Source of the DNA: a virus
Direction: 5' to 3' (one strand)
IMG/VR virus record: IMGVR_UViG_3300011563_000001
Coordinates: 1-44,214 of that record
DNA length: 44,214 nucleotides
The translations under genes and the position numbers were made by a program. Shown in pieces: positions 25,243 through 36,069 of the stretch (positions within the stretch are counted from its first letter, which is position 1; every line of letters starts with the position of its first letter). The notes under the pieces were generated by a model that searched no databases, had not been told where the DNA came from, and worked only from the letters and a program-made list of their open reading frames with translations.

Positions 25243-28200
25243 TTGGAAAAGAACTTCGTAGCGCGTATATCAGCTATTATTAGTAATTTCGAACGTAATG
25301 TTCGTAAAGCGCAAAGATTAGCTAAAACTTCTATACCGGATGAAATTGAAACGGATATTACAGCTAATACATCTAAATTCCAACGTGGCTTAATGCGTGC
25401 AAAAGCTATGGCTCAAAAATGGCGAAGTCATGAAGTAGAATTCAAAGCAGATACAAGTCAGTTAATGACTAAATATGGTGCTACTAGACTTTCTGTCGAA
25501 AAGTGGAAGGAACATACTGTAAATATCAACGCTGATACAAATAGATTTATGAGGGCAATAAAAGGTGCTAAAAAAAGTTTAATTGACTTAAACAAACATG
25601 AGTATCGTCCTAATTTAGGTTGGGTGGATAAAGAGACAAATAAATTAGTAAAATCTACAAGATATGTTGAAGGTAGATTTACAGGTATGTTTTCTACTAT
25701 CAAGAGAGGTTGGGCGCAAACACAAAAAGCGCAAGATGAATTTGATAGAACAATGCAATCTATGGCTCAATCTATTAGATCCTTCGGAACAGTATTTTCT
25801 AATCAAATTAAAGGTACACTAATCGCTAGTTTTCAAGGGTTAATACCAATTATTGCCGGGTTAGTACCTGCCATTATGGCAGTGGGTAACGCGTTAAAAG
25901 TAGTAACTGGTGGTGCTTTAGCCCTAGCAGGTGCAGTAGCTATTGCAGCAGGTGGTTTTGTTGGATTTGGTGCAATGGCATTTACAGCAATAAATCTAGT
26001 TGGTGACGGTACTTTAAAAGCTACAAAAGAAACACGAAGATATGAAAGTGCGTTGCAAGGCGTAAAAGATGCTTGGGTAGATATCGTGAGCGATAACTAC
26101 ACGAAAGTATTCAGTGCAATGGCTAATGGAATGAATGCAGTGAAAGTAGCATTAAAAGGTATAGCGCCATTTCTAGCTGGTGTAGCTGAAGGAATGGATA
26201 AAGCATCTAAATCATTACTACAGTGGACTAAATCAAGTAGTGTAGCTAAAGCTTTCTTCAATATGATGGAAACAACAGGCGTGTCAGTGTTTAACAAAAT
26301 GTTAAGTGCTGCAGGTAAATTTGGTGACGGTTTAATCAATGTATTTACGCAATTAGCACCTTTATTCCAATGGAGTGCTAACTGGTTAGATCGTATCGCT
26401 ACTAACTTTAGTAAATGGGCTAATAGTGCGAGTGGTCAAAACAGTATTAAGCAATTCATGGAGTATACGAAACAGAATTTACCTTTAATCGGTAAAATAT
26501 TCGGCAATACGTTTGCTGGTATCAATAATCTACTAAAGGCATTTAGTAGCAATTCTACTAATATATTCAAATCATTAGAAGGAATGACGCAGAAATTTAG
26601 AGATTGGTCGGAAACAGTCGGCAAATCAGAAGGTTTTAAAAAGTTTATCGATTATGTTCAACAAAATGGTCCAAAAATCATGGACTTAATCGGCAATATA
26701 ACGATGTTACTTGTGAATTTTGGTACTGCAATGGCGCCAATAGCAAGCAAGATATTAGACGTAGTTAATGCAATCATTAGCTTTACGAGTAATCTATTTG
26801 CAGCGCATCCTGGTGTAGCTAAATTAGTCGGTATAATGACTATTCTTGGTGGTATATTACTCGCAGTAGTTCCTACAATTGCACAAGTAGCTATATTCGT
26901 TAAAGACTTATTGATTCCATTCGTAAGTTGGGCAAGTAAAGCTGGTATTGTTAGTAAGGTTATGGGTGTTCTTAAAGGTGTGCTTGGTAAGTTAGCATCC
27001 CCACTTACTTTGCTTAGAACTGCATTTGGTGCAATAGTCGGTGCTTTAGGTGCTATCAGTGCGCCAGTATGGGTAGTGATTGGTGTTATCACAGCATTAA
27101 TCGGTGTAATTACTTACCTATGGAAGACGAACGAAGATTTCAGAAACGCAGTAACGAACGCTTGGAATACTATCAAAGATAAAGTAGGAGAAGCTATAAG
27201 CGGATTGGTTACATGGTTCCAAGAGTTATGGTCTAATATCCAATCCACACTTAAACCTATCATGCCATTACTTCAACAAGTTGGAGAAATTGCACAACAA
27301 GTTTTAGGTGCGACATTTGTTGGTGCTATTCAGTTATTAATGTTAGCTTTCAATCAAATATGGGCAGTCACACAAGTTGTATGGCAAGCAATCGGCGCAA
27401 TTATATCTGTTGCAGTTCAATTGGTAGTCGGTATATTAACGGCGTTTATTCAATTACTGTCAGGCGATTTTAGTGGTGCTTGGTTAACACTACAAACTAC
27501 TATTTCTAATGTAATGGATACAATATGGTCTACTATCCAATCAATATGGACAACAATTTCAGAGTTCTTCTTTAGTATCTATAACACAATATTAGGAACT
27601 ACTATTTCTAGTTGGTCTGAAATGTGGTCATTCATCAGTGGCAAACTGCAAGCTATATGGAATAGCGTATCATCATACTTTAACTTAGTTTTAAGTACAA
27701 TTATAAGCGTAATGAGTAGTGTGTTATCTAATATCATTTCTACTTGGAGTAGCATTGTTAATAACATTGCTAATTATCTTGCTAACGCAGTAAGTGCAGT
27801 AATCACTGGAATGGCTAACATGTTATCTAATGTAGTTAGTGGTATGGTTAATATCGTTAACGCAGCAATCAATGGTATGGTTAACTTTGTCGGTGCAATT
27901 ACAGATGGAATTGGTCGAGCAGTAAGTGCAGCACTAAGTTTCGTTGGCGACTTCGTTTCTGCAGGTACAGATTTAATCATGGGTATGGTTCAAGGTGTTA
28001 AAAATGCAGCAGGTGCTTTAGTAGATGCAGCAGTTTCTACAGTACAAAATGCTGTGAGTGCAGCAAAATCAGCACTGAAAATTAACTCCCCATCTAAAGT
28101 ATTCGCAGAAATCGGTATGTGGTCAGTTATGGGTATGGTCAAAGGTATAGAAGGACATAGAGGCTCAGCTATTTCCAGTACAGAACGATTGGCTAACTCA

Positions 28201-28431
28201 ATTTCTAACGCATTTAATCCACAATTAGTACCTAGTGTAGATAGTAGCCTTATGCGTGATGGTATTTCATCAGCAGTTGGTAACATTGATGGTTATATTG
28301 ATTCAGATGTAAGACATAGCATCGCAGAAAACAGTAAACCAATTGTTAATGTTACTGTACGCAATGAAGGTGACATAGAGTTGATTAAATCTACAATCGA
28401 AGATATGTCAGCGAAAGAATATTACAGTTAG
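25243..28431 (+). CDS. Tape measure protein
   Basis: 1062 aa. The central region is hydrophobic and Gly/Ala-rich, and the C-terminal half has periodic W/I/S repeats. It is the longest gene and lies after G/GT. Confidence 0.95.
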   Translation: MEKNFVARISAIISNFERNVRKAQRLAKTSIPDEIETDITANTSKFQRGLMRAKAMAQKWRSHEVEFKADTSQLMTKYGATRLSVEKWKEHTVNINADTNRFMRAIKGAKKSLIDLNKHEYRPNLGWVDKETNKLVKSTRYVEGRFTGMFSTIKRGWAQTQKAQDEFDRTMQSMAQSIRSFGTVFSNQIKGTLIASFQGLIPIIAGLVPAIMAVGNALKVVTGGALALAGAVAIAAGGFVGFGAMAFTAINLVGDGTLKATKETRRYESALQGVKDAWVDIVSDNYTKVFSAMANGMNAVKVALKGIAPFLAGVAEGMDKASKSLLQWTKSSSVAKAFFNMMETTGVSVFNKMLSAAGKFGDGLINVFTQLAPLFQWSANWLDRIATNFSKWANSASGQNSIKQFMEYTKQNLPLIGKIFGNTFAGINNLLKAFSSNSTNIFKSLEGMTQKFRDWSETVGKSEGFKKFIDYVQQNGPKIMDLIGNITMLLVNFGTAMAPIASKILDVVNAIISFTSNLFAAHPGVAKLVGIMTILGGILLAVVPTIAQVAIFVKDLLIPFVSWASKAGIVSKVMGVLKGVLGKLASPLTLLRTAFGAIVGALGAISAPVWVVIGVITALIGVITYLWKTNEDFRNAVTNAWNTIKDKVGEAISGLVTWFQELWSNIQSTLKPIMPLLQQVGEIAQQVLGATFVGAIQLLMLAFNQIWAVTQVVWQAIGAIISVAVQLVVGILTAFIQLLSGDFSGAWLTLQTTISNVMDTIWSTIQSIWTTISEFFFSIYNTILGTTISSWSEMWSFISGKLQAIWNSVSSYFNLVLSTIISVMSSVLSNIISTWSSIVNNIANYLANAVSAVITGMANMLSNVVSGMVNIVNAAINGMVNFVGAITDGIGRAVSAALSFVGDFVSAGTDLIMGMVQGVKNAAGALVDAAVSTVQNAVSAAKSALKINSPSKVFAEIGMWSVMGMVKGIEGHRGSAISSTERLANSISNAFNPQLVPSVDSSLMRDGISSAVGNIDGYIDSDVRHSIAENSKPIVNVTVRNEGDIELIKSTIEDMSAKEYYS

Positions 28432-28442
28432 AAGGTGGTAAA

Positions 28443-29354
28443 TTGTTAGTTCATGATTTAGAAATAATAAAAAATGGTAAGAAATATCGTGTTAGTGATA
28501 ATGAATTTACCGACAAAGACATCAAGGTAATATCGTTTAATGTAGCTGGCATTGATCATAATTATAGTTACGAGGAAGTCGACCGTTTACATGGTCGATT
28601 TCTTAATGCTTATACAAATAAAAAAAGAAGTGCAAGGATTGTTTTATGGTATAGCGTGGAAAAGTTATCTCATGCAGTTCATTTGAAGAATAATATTGCT
28701 AAGCTATTTAGTGGTCAATGTTACTACAGAGAATTGAAGGCAATTAATCCCGAAATAATGTTTCAAAGTTTCGGACAAAAAGCGCAAAGTTTCGACTTAG
28801 ATTATGTTAGTGGCAAACAAATTAAATTAGCGCTCGTTAATGAATTTGATTTTGATACTTCTCAACTATCTGGGGAGATTGAATTAGAACTTGAAACTAT
28901 TAACTTACCATATTATGAAAGTATAGGTAGAAGTTTAGATTTAGAAGACGATAATAAACTAGGCATATGGTCTTCTGATATGGAAGTTAACTGGAATGTA
29001 AATGACAAAAGAAGAAAATACACTTTTACAAATGTATATAAAGATGAGGTTTATTATCACGGAGACGTTGATATAAGCCAATTCAATTTTGATTATAATG
29101 TAACAATCACTATCGGAGAAACGACAAAAGAATTCATTTGGTACTTAGAAGATTCTGAATTAATGATAATAGAAGATTTAGAACTTAAACCTGGAGATAT
29201 TATTAAATACGATGGTATTCAAACGTTTAAAAATAACATACCGATAAACGAAACAAGAATGACTAATCCTACATTTAAAGAAGGTTGGAACACTTTTAAA
29301 TTCAACCAAGATGTAAGAAAAGTCGTTTTTGATATGAAGTTTTATTATAAGTAG
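28443..29354 (+). CDS. Distal tail protein (Dit)
   Basis: The call rests on position after the tape measure gene and a size of 303 aa. Confidence 0.7.
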   Translation: MLVHDLEIIKNGKKYRVSDNEFTDKDIKVISFNVAGIDHNYSYEEVDRLHGRFLNAYTNKKRSARIVLWYSVEKLSHAVHLKNNIAKLFSGQCYYRELKAINPEIMFQSFGQKAQSFDLDYVSGKQIKLALVNEFDFDTSQLSGEIELELETINLPYYESIGRSLDLEDDNKLGIWSSDMEVNWNVNDKRRKYTFTNVYKDEVYYHGDVDISQFNFDYNVTITIGETTKEFIWYLEDSELMIIEDLELKPGDIIKYDGIQTFKNNIPINETRMTNPTFKEGWNTFKFNQDVRKVVFDMKFYYK

Positions 29355-29362
29355 GTGCATAA

Positions 29363-31156
29363 ATGACTATTAAGGTAATCAACAAAATAGGAAAAGCATA
29401 TCCACTGCACGTTAAGACAATATCTTCCAAAAAGTTAACTGACGAAGGACAATTGTCATTTGAAATACTAGAGAACGAATCGAACTATGACGTCATTAAA
29501 TCAATATCTAAATTTTGGACAATTACAAACGTAAATGGGGTCAACGATTTAGAAGAATATAAAATTATTCTTATCGATCGCGATTCGATAGGTACAAGAC
29601 AAAGAGTCAGTGTAGTAGCCAGAGAGAAACACCTAGATGACTTAATGGCTAAACGTATTCATGACAGTTACACAGGTTCAATAACTGCGGAACGGTATTT
29701 CGAAATTTTACTTGAAGATATGGAATATAAATTCACAATATTACAGAATGTCGGAAGTTCTAGGTGGGAAAACCTAGGTGAAGGCGATTCAATATTTGAA
29801 ATGTTTCAAGAGGGATTAAAACGATACGGACTCGAATACGAATACAATCCTAAAACGAAAACATTTGTATTGAGACCGTCAGTTCAAAATGAAGTTAATT
29901 ATTATATAAGTACAAAAATCAATGCTAATAACTTAAAAATTGAAGAAGACGCATCTGATTGTTATACATGGATACAAGGTTTCGGAGATTTTGAAGAAGA
30001 TGCTAAGTATCAAGATGCTTTATTACAAATCAAATACATTCATCCACTAGCTGATGTTATAGGTATGAGAGAAGCGCCACCTGTAATAGATGGAAGGATC
30101 ACACAAGAAAGTACCATGAAAGCAAGATTAGAAGAAGTGATTGATAATTCAATTAAAGTATCACTATCACTAGATTTCATTTCATTACAAGATGAATTTC
30201 CTAGTGCGATTCCTAAAGTAGGTGATGTTGTACCTGTCAGAGATGATGTTACAGATGTATTTGATAGTGTTCGTATTATCGAAGTTACAACCACAAGGGA
30301 TATTAGAAATAAAATAATCCAACAAGATGTTGTATTAGGTGAATTTAGAAGACGTGACAGATATCGTAAATCAGCTAACAAAGCAACTAAAGCTATCAAT
30401 AAATTAGAAGGTATAGGCGGTATTGGTGGAAGTTTATCTAAAACATTAACTAATGTTACTAACAAAGTCAGTGCTTTGAATTATTCCACACGAGATGTTA
30501 TTGATATGGCTAATTCATTAAATGCTAATTCTAGCGGTATTAGTGCTGGAGATGATAGTAATCTTATTTATCTAAATTATGATGGTTCTATTCAGAAAAC
30601 TAATGACGGTGGAGAAACAAAACAAACTATCATTGATACTAATGGGATAAACGAAGAAAGTTTGCCCAAAGTAACTAAAGATAAAGATGGTTTAATGTTA
30701 AAAAATGATAAAGCTAAGCTAGATTTGTTGGATGTATCTAAGCAACTAACTTCAACCGAAAAAGTTAATTTGACCAAAATACCTGAAATTGATAATAACC
30801 TTACTGATATAACCACAGATACCAATTGGATAGATTATAGCGTTATTGGTGTAGAAAAAAATGTAATCAATCCTAGTGACGGATTTAAGTGTGGATATAA
30901 AGTGATGACTATTGGAGATAAAAGAATTTGTTCTATAAGAGTTAATTTAAAAAACATTAGTCATAACACTGTAGTAGCAAATATACCAAGTGATGTTGTA
31001 AAAGTAAGGCAAAATTTCCCATGCGCATCTACTGATAATCAAAGTGTTATCTATGGCACGTTAAGAAAAGACGGGGCTTTGCTATTTGATATATATTCTG
31101 CAAATCAATCAGCATCAGATTTAGGCGTATATCAAGAATACACATGGATTGATTAA
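29363..31156 (+). CDS. Tail-associated lysin-like / tail tip protein (Tal, prophage tail endopeptidase family)
   Basis: The call rests on position after Dit and a size of 597 aa. Confidence 0.65.
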   Translation: MTIKVINKIGKAYPLHVKTISSKKLTDEGQLSFEILENESNYDVIKSISKFWTITNVNGVNDLEEYKIILIDRDSIGTRQRVSVVAREKHLDDLMAKRIHDSYTGSITAERYFEILLEDMEYKFTILQNVGSSRWENLGEGDSIFEMFQEGLKRYGLEYEYNPKTKTFVLRPSVQNEVNYYISTKINANNLKIEEDASDCYTWIQGFGDFEEDAKYQDALLQIKYIHPLADVIGMREAPPVIDGRITQESTMKARLEEVIDNSIKVSLSLDFISLQDEFPSAIPKVGDVVPVRDDVTDVFDSVRIIEVTTTRDIRNKIIQQDVVLGEFRRRDRYRKSANKATKAINKLEGIGGIGGSLSKTLTNVTNKVSALNYSTRDVIDMANSLNANSSGISAGDDSNLIYLNYDGSIQKTNDGGETKQTIIDTNGINEESLPKVTKDKDGLMLKNDKAKLDLLDVSKQLTSTEKVNLTKIPEIDNNLTDITTDTNWIDYSVIGVEKNVINPSDGFKCGYKVMTIGDKRICSIRVNLKNISHNTVVANIPSDVVKVRQNFPCASTDNQSVIYGTLRKDGALLFDIYSANQSASDLGVYQEYTWID

Positions 31157-31170
31157 TAAGGAGGCAAAAA

Positions 31171-33150
31171 ATGAATTTTAACGTTAGATTACTAACTAAG
31201 TTAACTGATGTGTTTAATAGAAAATATGTTTCTGATTCTGAATTCAATTTTAAAAAGACACAAGAATTTGTCGACATAATGAATGAGTATAAAGCAGATC
31301 ATAAAAATAAAGAAACAAAGGCACATGTTAGTTCTCAAATCACACACAAAGATAAGTCTATTGGGGAAACGACACTTGATAAAATGGTTTCATATCAAAT
31401 GGAGCGTATTAGAAATTTAGTATTAGGTGTAGACGGTGACGGTGTTAAAGAAGTTACTGATAGCAGAGTTTCTATAGATAGCACTAGACATAACTTATTG
31501 TCTGAACGTTTGTTATATGATTTCAATAAAGTAAAAAGTGAATTAGAAAGAATTGAGAATAAATTTATCGACATTAATTTCGAGGAATACCATCCAGATA
31601 AAACAGGAACTACTAGCGTATCAGAAAAATTACAAGATGCGATGAATAGAATTAAAAAAGCAAAAGGTGGTCGTATTTTCATTCCTGCAGGCGACTATCT
31701 ATTAAATAAAAGAGTCGATGTATATGAAAATACCACAGTGGAATTAGACGAAAACGCAACTATTTTAAGAGGCAATACGAACGAGTTATTTATGAATGGT
31801 CCTTATACTGATAAATTCTACGGATACAACGGTAGAGGTAATATCCATTTCAAAGGTGGAACATTAGACGGTAACTATGAACAAATTGATAAATATCCAA
31901 CTAAAGCTGCGAATATGGTCAATTTAAAACATGCTGAGAATATAACATTTACTAATGTTACGTTTAGAAATAACATTAGTTATCACGCATTAGATGTCAA
32001 TGGAGTTAAGAATTTAAGGGTAACCAATTGTGTATTCGAGGGATACATTAATCTCACGACTGAGAGTATGAAGGAAGCCATACAATTATCTGAATATACA
32101 AGAGATAGCATTGACGGTGAGGGTTATTATGATGGAACACCATGTCGTGATGTTATCGTAACGGGGTGTACATTTAGAAAATCAAATATTTTAGGCGCTT
32201 ATTTAGTAGGTGTAGGGAACCATTTAAGTGTTAACAACATTTGGCAAACAAATATTGTTATAACTAATAATTCATTCCAAGATATTCAAAGTGTGTGTGT
32301 TAGGCCTTATAAATGGAAAAACGTAAGAATCGAAAATAATACTTTCGAAAGAGTTCCACAAGGTGTCAGGGTATCAGCGGTAGGATATCAAGATGTCAGT
32401 GCTCAAAACCCAGACGGTACGCCTAGTGGTCAACCACAAGCAGGTAGTATGTATTTCATTAATAATAATTACTTTAATAACTACACTGAATTTGGTGTAG
32501 CGATATATGGTAACCAAGGTGGTGGAAAGACTGCCCTAACATCAAATATCAATATTAATGGAAACATATTCGATTGTAATAACGATGACAAAGGCGAAGC
32601 GATCAACTTACGTTTGTGTTCAAACATCCATATTAAAGACAACACGATCAATAAAGGTTCACGTGGTATTCGACATTTAGGTTGTCATACATTATTCATG
32701 GATAAAAACTACATTAACGATGTAAAAAACGAGTCAATATTCAATGAGAAGTCGGAGTTTTTAGGATATCAAGAATTTGCTAGACACATTCACATTACTA
32801 ATAATTTAATTCAAACGACTGGTCGTAACGGAATTTTCTTACAATATGCTAAAAATTTCTTTATTAGAAATAATACTGTTACTAACACAAACCAAGAAAG
32901 TAATCCAGAAAATCCACGCGGTGGTATTTATATCGCTGATTCTGATACTGGCGCAATAGAAGGTAATCATATGTGGGGTGGAGAAAAAGACTTCGCTATA
33001 CGTTCTGTTAGAACCGATAATGTGAACTACTTTAACAATGGCGGCACTGGAGAAATTTCAGTAGCGAATGCTGATAACGCTAAAATCGGTTATTGGAATG
33101 TAAATAATGATAATAGAATAGTTAAAACAAATACGAAAGGATTGGTATAA
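31171..33150 (+). CDS. Tail protein with a right-handed parallel beta-helix (pectate-lyase-like) domain; putative polysaccharide depolymerase
   Basis: The segment AKGGRIFIPAGDYLL is followed by many N-x-x-(I/V/F)-x-N-N-x-F type repeats about 22-25 aa apart, for example NITFTNVTFRNN, VIVTGCTFRKSN, VRIENNTFERV and IHIKDNTINKG. Confidence 0.75.
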   Translation: MNFNVRLLTKLTDVFNRKYVSDSEFNFKKTQEFVDIMNEYKADHKNKETKAHVSSQITHKDKSIGETTLDKMVSYQMERIRNLVLGVDGDGVKEVTDSRVSIDSTRHNLLSERLLYDFNKVKSELERIENKFIDINFEEYHPDKTGTTSVSEKLQDAMNRIKKAKGGRIFIPAGDYLLNKRVDVYENTTVELDENATILRGNTNELFMNGPYTDKFYGYNGRGNIHFKGGTLDGNYEQIDKYPTKAANMVNLKHAENITFTNVTFRNNISYHALDVNGVKNLRVTNCVFEGYINLTTESMKEAIQLSEYTRDSIDGEGYYDGTPCRDVIVTGCTFRKSNILGAYLVGVGNHLSVNNIWQTNIVITNNSFQDIQSVCVRPYKWKNVRIENNTFERVPQGVRVSAVGYQDVSAQNPDGTPSGQPQAGSMYFINNNYFNNYTEFGVAIYGNQGGGKTALTSNININGNIFDCNNDDKGEAINLRLCSNIHIKDNTINKGSRGIRHLGCHTLFMDKNYINDVKNESIFNEKSEFLGYQEFARHIHITNNLIQTTGRNGIFLQYAKNFFIRNNTVTNTNQESNPENPRGGIYIADSDTGAIEGNHMWGGEKDFAIRSVRTDNVNYFNNGGTGEISVANADNAKIGYWNVNNDNRIVKTNTKGLV

Positions 33151-34613
33151 TGGTAAATTTTGATGCTGCACCAAATAAAGTGGCAGAGTTGGAATTAGAA
33201 ACAACTGCCAAATATCAACCAAGAGCAAATTTAGATGTCGCATTTTCTTCTATGGATAGAGAAAGTGCGATTTTTAAATTCCAAATTACTCAAAAAAAAT
33301 TACCATTATCGATTGGTAGTAGTAATGTAAAAACGCATATATTATTAGTTCATCAAAATGGATCAAAAGTATACTCGCCTTTGACAATTACCGATGCTTT
33401 AAATGGTGTTGCTCAATATAAACTAGAAAATGAAATGTTGAAAATGCCAGGTAAAGTAACTGCACAGGTATATGTAACTAGACGAGGTAAGGATATCCAA
33501 GATAGCAGTTATGCAGTTGTAGCAGAACGCATTTTTACTTTTACTATTGAAGAATCATTAGGTTGGAGTTTTGATGGAGAAACGAAACTTAATTACATTG
33601 TAGAAATTGATGAATTGATGGGAACGTTAGAAAGCAGAATAAATACGGCGATTAGTGCAGTTGAAAATGCTGAAAATTATATCGAACTGGTCAACGAAGC
33701 AAAAGTTGATGGCATAACAGATATAGAAATTGCTAAAACAAATAGTATTTCTGAATTAAATGCACTAACTTTAGAAAAAACAGAAGAAATTAAAAAATTA
33801 GGTTCTGAATATATCGGTAGTCTTGAAACAGTCAACAATGAAATGAACACGAAAATGAATGATTTTATTTCTAATGTTAGTCCTGAAAATTATGCAAAAT
33901 TAGAAGACACTGAAACGTGGCAAAAATTTAAACTCACAAAAGACGATGGATCAGTAGAATTAAAAAATGTAAATAACGACTTAACAACATTACAAAATTT
34001 AAATCCAGGTAATTATTATGTTAGCAATATGCCGATAACAGGCGCTACTTCTACTGCTGGTTTTTTAGAAAAGACAGAAAGAGACGAACTTGTTAAACGA
34101 ATAACATTTAAACCGTATAATTCTACACAAATTTGGGTTATGCGTTTTTATAACTCATGGAGCGATTGGGAACTAACTACAAAAGATATGGAAACTACTG
34201 TCGGCGCTCAAGAAAAAGTAACACAAGCATTTAATGATGCAAAAACGTACATTGATAGTAAATTTTATGACACTGGATGGCAACAACTACCATTAATGAG
34301 TGGTGTTTATCAAGATGATACATTAGGACCTTCTGGATATAGGGTGAAAAATGGTGTTTGTACAATCATATTTAATTTAAGAATGTCAGCTGCAACAACT
34401 GAAACACCATTCTTGAAGTTGCCTGATGAATATTCGCCATTATATGCATTTAGCTTTTTAGCAAGAACTAATGGTACTACTAATGGTAAAAACCCTGTCA
34501 GATGTAGTTACGATATGATTAATCAAGTGTTTAAAATTTGGCAAGACAACTTAAATTCAATACAAGCTGATGACTATGTTTATGGATATGTCACATTTTT
34601 AGTGGAGGGATAA
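33150..34613 (+). CDS. Baseplate upper protein / receptor-binding protein (BppU-like N-terminus)
   Basis: 487 aa. It has an N-terminal Ig-like segment, a coiled-coil middle region and a C-terminal globular domain. Confidence 0.55.
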   Translation: MVNFDAAPNKVAELELETTAKYQPRANLDVAFSSMDRESAIFKFQITQKKLPLSIGSSNVKTHILLVHQNGSKVYSPLTITDALNGVAQYKLENEMLKMPGKVTAQVYVTRRGKDIQDSSYAVVAERIFTFTIEESLGWSFDGETKLNYIVEIDELMGTLESRINTAISAVENAENYIELVNEAKVDGITDIEIAKTNSISELNALTLEKTEEIKKLGSEYIGSLETVNNEMNTKMNDFISNVSPENYAKLEDTETWQKFKLTKDDGSVELKNVNNDLTTLQNLNPGNYYVSNMPITGATSTAGFLEKTERDELVKRITFKPYNSTQIWVMRFYNSWSDWELTTKDMETTVGAQEKVTQAFNDAKTYIDSKFYDTGWQQLPLMSGVYQDDTLGPSGYRVKNGVCTIIFNLRMSAATTETPFLKLPDEYSPLYAFSFLARTNGTTNGKNPVRCSYDMINQVFKIWQDNLNSIQADDYVYGYVTFLVEG

Positions 34614-34614
34614 T

Positions 34615-34989
34615 ATGGAATTCAAACAAATTTTTGATTATAACGGAATACCTTATTTAGTTAAGGTTGATGTAGACGGTTATGTAATACCAGAAGAATT
34701 AGAACGTTTAAATATTACGGATTATACCGATATTATGCCACCAAGTAACTTGTATCCACCTAGATACTTTGACGGTGAACAATGGTTAGGTAAAAATAAA
34801 ACAGAATGGGAAAGCGAAAACCCAACAGAACCTATCCTACCAAGCGATAATGACATTTTGAATGCTCAATTATTATCTAATGATCTAGAACATAATATGA
34901 AAATAAAATCATTGCAAGAAGATATCGCTAACTTAACCAATGAATTATTGAAAATAAAGGGGGATACTACAAATGTTTCCAACACTTAA
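34615..34989 (+). CDS. Hypothetical tail-module protein
   Basis: 124-aa ORF. Confidence 0.65.
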   Translation: MEFKQIFDYNGIPYLVKVDVDGYVIPEELERLNITDYTDIMPPSNLYPPRYFDGEQWLGKNKTEWESENPTEPILPSDNDILNAQLLSNDLEHNMKIKSLQEDIANLTNELLKIKGDTTNVSNT

Positions 34990-35113
34990 AAGATTATATG
35001 ATTTAGGGTTATTTGATAAATCTAAATTAGTAGAAAGCGTTAAATGTAATTGGATAACTGAGAATGAATACAAAATAATTACAGGAGAGTATTTTCCACA
35101 AGGCACTGATTAA
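34973..35113 (+). CDS. XkdX-like small protein (46 aa), not in the ORF track
   Basis: The translation is MFPTLKRLYDLGLFDKSKLVESVKCNWITENEYKIITGEYF. The ITxxEYxxITG motif is typical of XkdX. Confidence 0.55.
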   Translation: MFPTLKRLYDLGLFDKSKLVESVKCNWITENEYKIITGEYFPQGTD

Positions 35114-35129
35114 TTTTAGTGTCTTTTTT
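35102..35129 (+). terminator. Rho-independent terminator
   Basis: The stem is GGCACT / AGTGTC (one G-U pair), followed by TTTTTT. Confidence 0.5.
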
Positions 35130-35160
35130 ATATAAATAAAAGATAGAAAGTGGGTGTTGT

Positions 35161-35577
35161 ATGAATAAGTTGTCTTTGCCAGAAATGATTTCAAGCACAT
35201 TATTGTTTGGTTTAGGAGTATTTAGCTTGTGGCGTGGTTTGTTTTTTGCAATACGACAAGAAACTGTGTTAAACGATTCTGATTTTTACAAAGCCTTACA
35301 TCAAGTTATGCCTATTTGGGTGTGGGGAATATTGATGGCTATATCTAGTTTATTTTTGATTTATTCAAGTTGGTTAATACCTAAACGTAACAGCCTTTTC
35401 CACTGGACATTACTTATAGGTGGCGTTACATGTTCGTTTATGTATCTAATTATGACTAGCGCAAGTTTGTTCAATGCTATTAATTGGCTAACACCTATGC
35501 AATTTGCGACGTTAAGTGCAGTTTGTGGCGTTGTAGCGTTTTTCGGAGGTGCTGAGATTTATGCCAGACGAAAATAG
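35161..35577 (+). CDS. Four-TM membrane protein
   Basis: 138 aa with four hydrophobic segments. Confidence 0.75.
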   Translation: MNKLSLPEMISSTLLFGLGVFSLWRGLFFAIRQETVLNDSDFYKALHQVMPIWVWGILMAISSLFLIYSSWLIPKRNSLFHWTLLIGGVTCSFMYLIMTSASLFNAINWLTPMQFATLSAVCGVVAFFGGAEIYARRK

Positions 35578-35956
35578 ATATGTATTAAAGACTGATCATA
35601 TAGCTGATATAAGTAAGCTAACAGGTCGTATTAAAGATGTCGATAGTAAGCACATGCAATTGCATAATGATTTAAAACTTACTATAAATACTTTAACAAT
35701 TAGTACGCAATCATTAACTGAAACAAGCAAGAAAACAAATAATATTTTAGAGTCCATCGATGAAAAAATGGATGGATATAACGATCGTGCAAAAGATGTT
35801 GAGTATGATGTGAAAACTATTAAAGAACGTGTAGACGATATTGAACATTCAGTATCAGAACGTAAGAAAGGAAACGCGCAACTTTGGGTAGCGATTATCG
35901 GTGCGTTAGGTACTGTCATAGTTGGTGCTTTAGGGTTTGCTCAAATATTTTTCTAA
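35561..35956 (+). CDS. Coiled-coil protein with a C-terminal TM anchor
   Basis: The ATG at 35561 follows GGAGGT. The C-terminus is LWVAIIGALGTVIVGALGFAQIFF. Confidence 0.7.
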   Translation: MPDENRYVLKTDHIADISKLTGRIKDVDSKHMQLHNDLKLTINTLTISTQSLTETSKKTNNILESIDEKMDGYNDRAKDVEYDVKTIKERVDDIEHSVSERKKGNAQLWVAIIGALGTVIVGALGFAQIFF

Positions 35957-35967
35957 GGAGTGATTAA

Positions 35968-36069
35968 ATGGCGCTACCTTCAAGCGGTAAACCTACAGCT
36001 AATGACGTGAAACAATGGGCAATTAGTAGGATAGGTAAAAGGTTAGATGTCGATGGTTATTATGGTGCT
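35968..36069 (+). CDS. Exon 1 (34 codons) of the virion-associated peptidoglycan hydrolase
   Basis: The RBS is AAGGAG. The exon encodes MALPSSGKPTANDVKQWAISRIGKRLDVDGYYGA. An in-frame stop follows unless the RNA is spliced. Confidence 0.8.

Noticed and set aside
25290-25304. The palindrome CGAACGTAATGTTCG inside the start of the tape measure gene resembles a LexA box.
   Set aside because: The half-sites are spaced by 5 nt rather than the 4 nt of the Cheo box. The site is intragenic and has no associated promoter.
25458-28286. A series of minus-strand ORFs (60-144 aa) lies inside the tape measure gene. Similar ones occur inside the helicase gene (7222-7740), the Tal gene (30040-30825) and the hydrolase and fibre genes.
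   Set aside because: They lie fully antisense to long, well-supported genes. They have no RBS and the Ser/Leu/Ile/Phe-rich composition typical of shadow ORFs in AT-rich DNA.
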